From a virus (taxonomy: Duplodnaviria; Heunggongvirae; Uroviricota; Caudoviricetes): 15,142 nucleotides of DNA. The notes under the pieces are model-generated. The model made no database searches, was not told where the DNA came from, and saw only the letters and a list, made by a program, of their open reading frames with translations. Shown in pieces: positions 9,200-15,142 of the stretch (position 1 is its first letter; each line of letters starts with the position of its first letter). The position numbers and the translations under genes are program-made. The DNA lies in IMG/VR virus record IMGVR_UViG_2537561684_000007; one strand, given 5' to 3'.

Positions 9200-9644
9200 G
9201 TTTAAGCGTTTTGAAGACCGGCTGACCGGACTTATTGAATCGCTGTCACCGTCAGGGCGTCGGCGACTGAGCGCCGAACTGGCGAAACGTCTGCGGCAGA
9301 GTCAGCAGCGCCGGGTGATGGCACAGAAAGCCCCGGACGGCACACCCTACGCACCACGCCAGCAGCAGAGCGCCAGAAAAAAGACCGGTCGCGTTAAGCG
9401 AAAAATGTTTGCGAAACTTATCACCAGTCGTTTTTTGCATATCCGCGCCAGCCCTGAACAGGCATCAATGGAGTTTTACGGCGGGAAGTCACCGAAAATA
9501 GCCAGTGTGCATCAGTTCGGTCTGTCGGAAGAAACCCGGAAAGACGGTAAGAAAATTGATTATCCGGCGCGTCCTCTGCTCGGCTTTACCGGTGAGGATG
9601 TGCAGATGATTGAAGAGATTATCCTGGCTCACCTCGACCGTTAG
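9192..9644 (+). CDS. S: tail completion protein (P2 gpS-like)
   Basis: Intact 150-aa ORF, same length as P2 S; translation matches recalled P2 S. Confidence 0.9.
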   Translation: MNEFKRFEDRLTGLIESLSPSGRRRLSAELAKRLRQSQQRRVMAQKAPDGTPYAPRQQQSARKKTGRVKRKMFAKLITSRFLHIRASPEQASMEFYGGKSPKIASVHQFGLSEETRKDGKKIDYPARPLLGFTGEDVQMIEEIILAHLDR

Positions 9645-9710
9645 TTGTGCCATTCCCGACACCTCATCGTTACATTGCCGCCGGTATGACCCGGCGGCAT
9701 CCTTCCCGTT
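9645..9710 (+). promoter_or_regulatory. S-V intergenic region; expected position of the late promoter for the V-W-J-I-H-G operon
   Basis: 66-bp gap. Contains a partial dyad TGT-N10-ACA (9646..9661) and an 8-bp GC hairpin GCCGCCGG/CCGGCGGC (9677..9698). In P2 a late promoter lies in front of V. Confidence 0.3.
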
Positions 9711-10333
9711 ATGAACACTCTCGCAAATATCCAGGAACTCGCGCGCGCACTGCGCAACATGATCCGCACCGGCCTTGTCGTCGAAACCAACCTTAAAGCC
9801 GGTCGCTGCCGTGTGCAGACCGGCGGCATGTGCACCGACTGGCTTCAGTGGCTGACTCGTGCCGGGCGTTCGCGCACTGGTGGGCACCTTCCGTGGGGGA
9901 CAGGTGCTGATTCTGGCCGTGGGCGGTGAACTGACACGGCGTTCGTTCTGCCGGGGATTTATTCCGGGATAACCCCGCGCCGTCTGCGTCGGCGGATGCC
10001 CTGCATATCCGTTTCCCTGACGGGGCGGTGATTGATATGAACCGAAACCAGCGCACTCACGGTAAGCGGAATTAAAACGGCCAGCGTGACGGCTTCTGAT
10101 TCTGTTACTGCCACGGTGCCGGTGGTCAGGTGAAAGCATCAACCCGCGTACCCTGGACACACCGGAGGTGGTTGCACCAACAGGCTGATTACGGCACGCT
10201 GGAAGTGCAGAAGGGCGGGACGATGCGCGGCAACATTGAACACACCGGCGGTGAACTCTCATCAAACGGTAAGGTACTGCATACCCATAAACACCCCGGC
10301 GACAGCGGCGGCACAACCGGGAGCCCTCTATGA
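9711..10333 (+). pseudogene. V: baseplate spike/assembly protein (P2 gpV-like); frameshifted as read
   Basis: N-terminus in ORF 9711..9929 (MNTLANIQELARALRNMIRTGLVVETNLKAGRCRVQTGGMCTDWLQWLTRAGRSRT), C-terminus in ORF 10130..10333 (...TLEVQKGGTMRGNIEHTGGELSSNGKVLHTHKHPGDSGGTTGSPL); the middle is out of frame. Confidence 0.8.
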
Positions 10334-10677
10334 CAGCGCGTTATCTCGGAATGAATCGCAGTGATGGCCTGACGGTCACTGACCTTGAGCATATCAGCCA
10401 GAGTATCGGCGATATCCTGCGCACACCGGTCGGCTCACGGGTGATGCGTCGTGATTACGGCTCGTTGCTGGCGTCAATGATTGACCAGCCGCAGACCCCG
10501 GCGCTTGAGTTGCAGATTAAGGTCGCCTGTTACATGGCGGTGCTGAAATGGGAACCCCGCGTCACGCTGTCATCTGTCACCACGGCGCGCAGTTTTGACG
10601 GGCGAATGACGGTCACGTTAACCGGCCAGCACAACGACACCGGCCAGCCACTTTCATTAACCATCCCTGTGAGTTGA
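10330..10677 (+). CDS. W: baseplate wedge protein (P2 gpW-like)
   Basis: Intact 115-aa ORF, same length as P2 W; ATGA overlap with V stop. Confidence 0.9.
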   Translation: MTARYLGMNRSDGLTVTDLEHISQSIGDILRTPVGSRVMRRDYGSLLASMIDQPQTPALELQIKVACYMAVLKWEPRVTLSSVTTARSFDGRMTVTLTGQHNDTGQPLSLTIPVS

Positions 10678-10681
10678 AACC

Positions 10682-11581
10682 ATGCCGATTATCGACCTGA
10701 ACCAGCTACCCGCACCGGATGTGGTCGAGGAGCTGGACTTTGAAACCATTCTTGCCGAACGCAAGGCGACACTGATTTCTCTTTACCCGGAAGACCAGCA
10801 GGAGGCGGTCGCCCGTACCCTGACGCTGGAATCTGAGCCTCTCGCCAAACTGCTGGAGGAAAATGCTTATCGTGAGCTTATCTGGCGTCAGCGTGTGAAT
10901 GAGGCCGCACGGGCGGTGATGCTGGCCTGTGCCGCCGGTAATGACCTTGATGTGATTGGTGCCAATTACAACACCACGCGCCTGATTATTACTCCGGCAG
11001 ATGATTCGACCATCCGCCGACACCGGCAGTGATGGAATCTGACACGATTATCGTCTGCGTATTCAGCAGGCGTTTGAGGGCTTAAGCGTCGCCGGGTCGG
11101 TGGGTGCTTATCAGTATCATGGTCGCAGTGCCGACGGGCGTGTCGCGGATATTCTGTACCAGTCCGTCTCCGGCCTGCGTCACCATCTCGTGCTGTCACG
11201 TGAAAATAACGGTGTGCATCCGAAGACTGCTGGCGGGTGCGTAACGCCCTTAATGGCGAGGACGTCAGGCCGGTGGCCGACCGCGTGACCGTGCAGTCTG
11301 CCGCCATTGTTGAATACCAGATAAACGCCACGCTTTACCTTTACCCTGGTCCCGAAAGCGAACCCATCCGCGCTGCCGCCGTGAAAAAACTGGAAGCGTA
11401 TATCACGGCACAGCACCGGCTGGGGCGTGACATCCGTCTGTCTGCCATTTATGCCGCTTTGCATGTGGAAGGTGTGCAGCGTGTCGAACTGGCTGCACCA
11501 CTGGCCGACATCGTGCTCAACAGTACGCAGGCGTCTTTCTGTACCGAATACCGCGTCGTGACCGGAGGCTCGGATGAGTGA
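10682..11581 (+). pseudogene. J: baseplate protein (P2 gpJ-like); several frameshifts as read
   Basis: N-terminus in ORF 10682..11032 (MPIIDLNQLPAPDVVEELDFETILAERKATLISLYPEDQQEAVARTLTLESEPLAKLLEENAYRELIWRQRVNEAARAVMLACAAGNDLDVIGANYNTTRLIITPADDSTI), middle fragment in ORF 11100..11288, C-terminus in ORF 11237..11581. Confidence 0.8.
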
Positions 11582-12104
11582 TTCGCGACTGCTGCCGACC
11601 GGCTCATCACCGCTTGAGGTCGCCGCCGCAAAAGCCTGTGCGGAAATTGAAAAAACGCCGGTCAGTATTCGTGAGCTGTGGAACCCGGATACCTGTCCGG
11701 CAAATCTGCTGCCGTGGCTGGCGTGGGCGTTTTCGGTCGACAGGTGGGATGAAAAGTGGCCGGAAGCGACAAAACGCGCCGTTATCCGCGATGCCTATTT
11801 CATCCACTGTCATAAAGGCACAATAGGTGCAATCCGGCGTGTGGTGGAGCCGCTCGGCTATCTCATCAACGTGACGGAGTGGTGGGAAAACAGTGACCCG
11901 CCCGGCACCTTCCGGCTTGATATTGGTGTACTGGAAAGTGGCATCACAGAGGCAATGTATCAGGAAATGGAACGGCTGATTGCTGATGCCAAACCTGCAA
12001 GCCGCCACCTTATTGGCCTGAACATTACCCGGGACATTCCCGGCTACCTGTTCGCCGGTGGTGTGGCTTACGACGGCGATGTAATTACGGTTTATCCCGG
12101 ATAA
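11574..12104 (+). CDS. I: baseplate/tail fibre attachment protein (P2 gpI-like)
   Basis: Intact 176-aa ORF, same length as P2 I; overlaps J stop. Confidence 0.9.
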   Translation: MSDSRLLPTGSSPLEVAAAKACAEIEKTPVSIRELWNPDTCPANLLPWLAWAFSVDRWDEKWPEATKRAVIRDAYFIHCHKGTIGAIRRVVEPLGYLINVTEWWENSDPPGTFRLDIGVLESGITEAMYQEMERLIADAKPASRHLIGLNITRDIPGYLFAGGVAYDGDVITVYPG

Positions 12105-12114
12105 GTGAGGAATA

Positions 12115-14400
12115 ATGAGCACAAAATTCAGAACCGTTATCACCACTGCCGGTGCAGCAAAGCTGGCAGCGGCAACCGCACCGGGAGGGCGGAAGGTCAA
12201 TATTACCACGATGGCCGTCGGGGATGGCGGTGGTAAATTGCCTGTCCCGGATGCCGGACAGACCGGGCTTATCCACGAAGTCTGGCGACATGCGCTGAAC
12301 AAAATCAGCCAGGACAAACGAAACAGTAATTATATTATCGCAGAGCTGGTTATTCCGCCGGAGGTGGGCGGTTTCTGGATGCGTGACTTGGCCTGTACGA
12401 TGATGCGGGAACTAATTGCCGTGGCGAACATGGCCGAAAGTTATAAGCCAGCCTTGCCGAAGGCTCAGGGCGTTCGCAGACCTGCGCATGGTCATCATCG
12501 TCAGCAGTGTGGCCTCAGTGGGCTGACCATTGACACCACAACGGTGATGGCACGCAGGATTACGTTGATGACAAAATTGCAGACATGAACAGTCACGACG
12601 TCACCCGACGCCTCGCTGACCGCAAAAGGTTTTACTCAGTTAAGCATGCGACCAACAGCACGTCTGAAACACTGGCCGCAACGCCGAAAGCGGTAAAGGC
12701 CGCGTATGACTTGCTAACGGGAAATAACGCCAGGAGCCACCAAGCGCGAAAAGGCCTTGTCCAGCTCAGTAGGCCACCAACAGCACGTCTGAAACGCTGC
12801 GCAACCCAAAGCGGTAAAGGCAGCATATGACCTGCTAACGGGAAATAACGCACAGGAGCCACCACGCGCGAAAAGGTCTTGTCCAGCTCAGTAGCGCACC
12901 AACAGCGATTCTGAAACGCTTGCGGCAACGCCAAAGGCGGTTAAGACAGCGTATGACCTTGCTAACGGGAAATACACTGCACAGGAGCCACCACGCGCGA
13001 AAGGTCTTGTCAGCTCAGTAGCGCCACCAACAGGATTCTGAAACGCTGGCGCAACATCAAAAGCGGTGAAGTCTGCCTATGACAATGCTGAAAAACGTCT
13101 TCAGAAAGATCAGAACGGTGCGGATATTCCGGGAAAGGATACCTTCACGAAAAATATCGGTGCCTGTCGTGCTTATAGCGGCGCTTTGAGCACTGAAGCC
13201 GGAAACTGGACAACCGCTCAGTTTATTGAATGGCTGGATTCCCGTGGTGCATTTAATCATCCGTACTGGATGTGCAAAGGCTCCTGGTCATATGCAAATA
13301 ACAAAATCATTACGGATACCGGATGTGGTGATATCCACCTGGCTGGTTGTGTCGTCGAGGTCATGGGAACTAAATCTGCAATCACTATCCGAGTGACCAC
13401 GCCGACAACATCAAGCGGTGGCGGTACAACCAGCGCGCAATTCACTTACATTAATCATGGGGACGGCTACTCCCCCGGCTGGCGTCGTGACTGGAATCGT
13501 CAGGGCGACGCAATGACCGGAACGATTAATCAGGATGGCGGAAGCCAGAATGCCTATATGTCTACGGCCTTATGTTCAGGCACCAGAGGCGGCAAAAAAT
13601 ATCTCAGAAAGTTTCGTGGTGGAGAAGGAGACACTATCTGGCATGAAACAGTACAGGGCGGGGTAATTCGCTGGGCGACAGGAAACTATGACGCTCAGGA
13701 AGAATTATCACTCAGCTCCGCTTATGGTCTCCGTTCAAGAGGTGAGATTACATCACTCAGTGCTAATGGTCTGCGCATTGCTTATGGCAATTATGGATTC
13801 TTTATCAGGAATGATGGCGGCAGCACATATTTAATGCTGACGGCCTCTGGCGATAAATTTGGGACATGGAACGGTTTAAGGCCGCTGACTATCAATAACG
13901 CTAATGGCGGAGTATCAATGGGGCATGGCCTGAGTGTTACTGGTGATATTGCCTCAAGTACCAAAGTACGTGCCGGTAGCGGGAAAAAATTCACGGTCAG
14001 CAGCAGTAATACATCCACGAAGGAAGCCGCATTCAATTTGTGGGGAAACTCAAGTCGTCCGGTGGTGGCTGAATTAGGTGATGATGCAGGCTGGCATTTT
14101 TACAGTCAGAGAAATACAGATAACAGCATCACTTTTGCTGTTAACGGGCAGGTATCACCATCTAACTATGGCAACTTTGATTCACGCTATGTCCGGGATA
14201 TCCGGCTTGGTGGTGCTGCCACATACAAACCTGCGAACAATGGCATGACATGGACACATCAGGCACCGTCCGGGTGTGTATATTCCGGCATTATTGTTCA
14301 GGATACCGGCTCAAACTCTGCCGATAACATTGGTGGCATATATTACAGACCGGTGCAGAAATACATTAACGGGACATGGTATAACGTGGCGCAGGTATAA
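12115..14400 (+). pseudogene. H: tail fibre protein (P2 gpH-like), mosaic; 5' third frameshifted as read, 3' 444 codons intact
   Basis: N-terminus in ORF 12115..12588 (MSTKFRTVITTAGAAKLAAATAPGGRKVNITTMAVGDGGGKLPVPDAGQTGLIHEVWRHALNKISQDKRNSNYIIAELVIPPEVGGFWMR...). 12628..13060 is a tandem repeat block with frame-breaking length differences. ORF 13066..14400 is intact and ends ...YRPVQKYINGTWYNVAQV. Total ~2.29 kb, longer than the ~2.0 kb expected for P2 H. Confidence 0.8.
12628..13060 (+). repeat. about 3.5 tandem copies of a ~125-nt coding repeat inside H (SSATNSTSETLAATPKAVKAAYDL-type tail fibre repeat)
   Basis: Unit starts at roughly 12628, 12753, 12875 and 13003 (spacings 125, 122, 128 nt); each unit contains variants of ACCAACAGCACGTCTGAAAC...GCGGTAAAGGC...TATGAC. 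Confidence 0.8.
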
Positions 14401-14403
14401 TTT

Positions 14404-14931
14404 ATGCAGCATTTGATAAATATAACGGTGGGTAATCCAAAAACGGTTGAACAATATCAATTGACAAAGGATTTTGATGTTGTCTGGTTTTTTACAGAAG
14501 ATGGTAAGAACTGGTACGAAGAACAAAAGTATTTTGCTGATGACACGATAAAAATAGCGTACGACAAAGATAATATCATCCGCTATGTGGAAAAGGATGT
14601 GACAGCTATCAGACCGGATGGATTAAGTGTGGTTGAAGTGGCGGATATTACTGCTAACCGACGGGCGGATATTTCAGGGGGCTGGATGTTTAAGGACGGC
14701 AAAGTGATTAAACGCATTTATACGGCAGATGAATTGCGGCGGCAGGCAGAAATTCGGAAAGTCAGACTTCTTGCAGATGCTGAATCCGTGATTTTGCCGC
14801 TGGAGCGCGCTGTCAGGCTGAACATGGCAACAGATGAGGAGCGTAGCCGACTGGAAGCATGGGAGCGTTACAGCGTTCTGGTCAGTCGTGTGGATCCTGC
14901 AAATCCTGAATGGCCGGAAATGCCGCAATAA
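14404..14931 (+). CDS. G: tail fibre assembly chaperone (P2 gpG/Tfa-like)
   Basis: Intact 175-aa ORF directly after H; AT-rich like the 3' end of H. Confidence 0.88.
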   Translation: MQHLINITVGNPKTVEQYQLTKDFDVVWFFTEDGKNWYEEQKYFADDTIKIAYDKDNIIRYVEKDVTAIRPDGLSVVEVADITANRRADISGGWMFKDGKVIKRIYTADELRRQAEIRKVRLLADAESVILPLERAVRLNMATDEERSRLEAWERYSVLVSRVDPANPEWPEMPQ

Positions 14932-14965
14932 GTTGTATGAGTTCTGGTGTGAGCTTACACATCTA

Positions 14966-15007
14966 TGGCACAGAGTAAAGCCTAATCTGACAGTTCGCTC
15001 TGTGCCA
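14966..15007. repeat. perfect 10-bp inverted repeat TGGCACAGAG-N22-CTCTGTGCCA just downstream of G
   Basis: Arms at 14966..14975 and 14998..15007; no T tract follows, so not a typical intrinsic terminator. Lies in the ~38% GC non-coding tail of the window. Confidence 0.6.
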
Positions 15008-15142
15008 GAAACAGACGTCACTTATATATTTCTGTATTAATCAATGAGGAAAGATTCAATTCTCTATAATGGAGGTTGCGTCCACTGTTTTCTCTAAGCA
15101 GACCAAGTTCCCTTAACGAAAAATTTAGTGTCAGAAACTAAT

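Noticed and set aside
9677-9698. GC hairpin between S and V as an intrinsic terminator
   Set aside because: No U tract follows on either strand; it lies where a late promoter is expected, so it is more likely regulatory or incidental.
9489-10316. 275-aa minus-strand ORF antisense to S and V
   Set aside because: Arg/Cys/Pro-rich low-complexity translation, typical of a spurious antisense frame in GC-rich coding DNA; the plus strand here encodes recognisable P2 S and V.
11607-12317. 236-aa minus-strand ORF antisense to I and the start of H
   Set aside because: No start context, lies opposite the intact gene I, and its composition looks like an antisense artefact.
12628-13060. Possible CRISPR array suggested by regularly spaced repeats
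   Set aside because: The units are contiguous ~125-nt imperfect tandem copies with no unique spacers and encode a known tail fibre peptide repeat; this is not CRISPR architecture.
1-15142. Integrase, attachment site or tRNA marking a prophage end
   Set aside because: None found; in the P2 layout the int and att region lies far from cos on the other side of the element, so its absence here is expected.

Overview
This window is the late (morphogenesis and lysis) region of a P2-like (Peduovirus-type) prophage from an enterobacterial host, running from the cos site through tail fibre assembly gene G. Gene order, sizes and protein sequences match the P2 arrangement as I recall it: cos, Q and P on the minus strand, then O N M L X Y K lysA lysB/lysC R S V W J I H G on the plus strand. 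No tRNA, rRNA, CRISPR array or transposase was seen. Three things stand out. (1) Both window edges coincide with the two classic P2 cargo hotspots: the old/tin slot beside cos and the Z/fun slot after G. At the left edge a minus-strand gene starts at position 92 and runs off the window; its first 30 residues carry a GHKL/Bergerat-type ATPase N-terminal motif. Any novel accessory system is therefore mostly outside the window, and only its first 30 codons and promoter region are visible. (2) About half of the conserved phage genes (P, O, M, L, K, lysA, lysB, R, V, J and the 5' part of H) are broken by frameshifts, which are single-base homopolymer deletions at the two junctions I traced (in P and O), while Q, N, X, Y, S, W, I, G and the 3' 1.3 kb of H are intact. 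This is either uneven sequence quality or a partly decayed prophage. (3) Tail fibre gene H has an expanded tandem repeat block and a mosaic, lower-GC 3' end. All identifications rest on my reading of the translations and recalled P2 biology; no database search was run.
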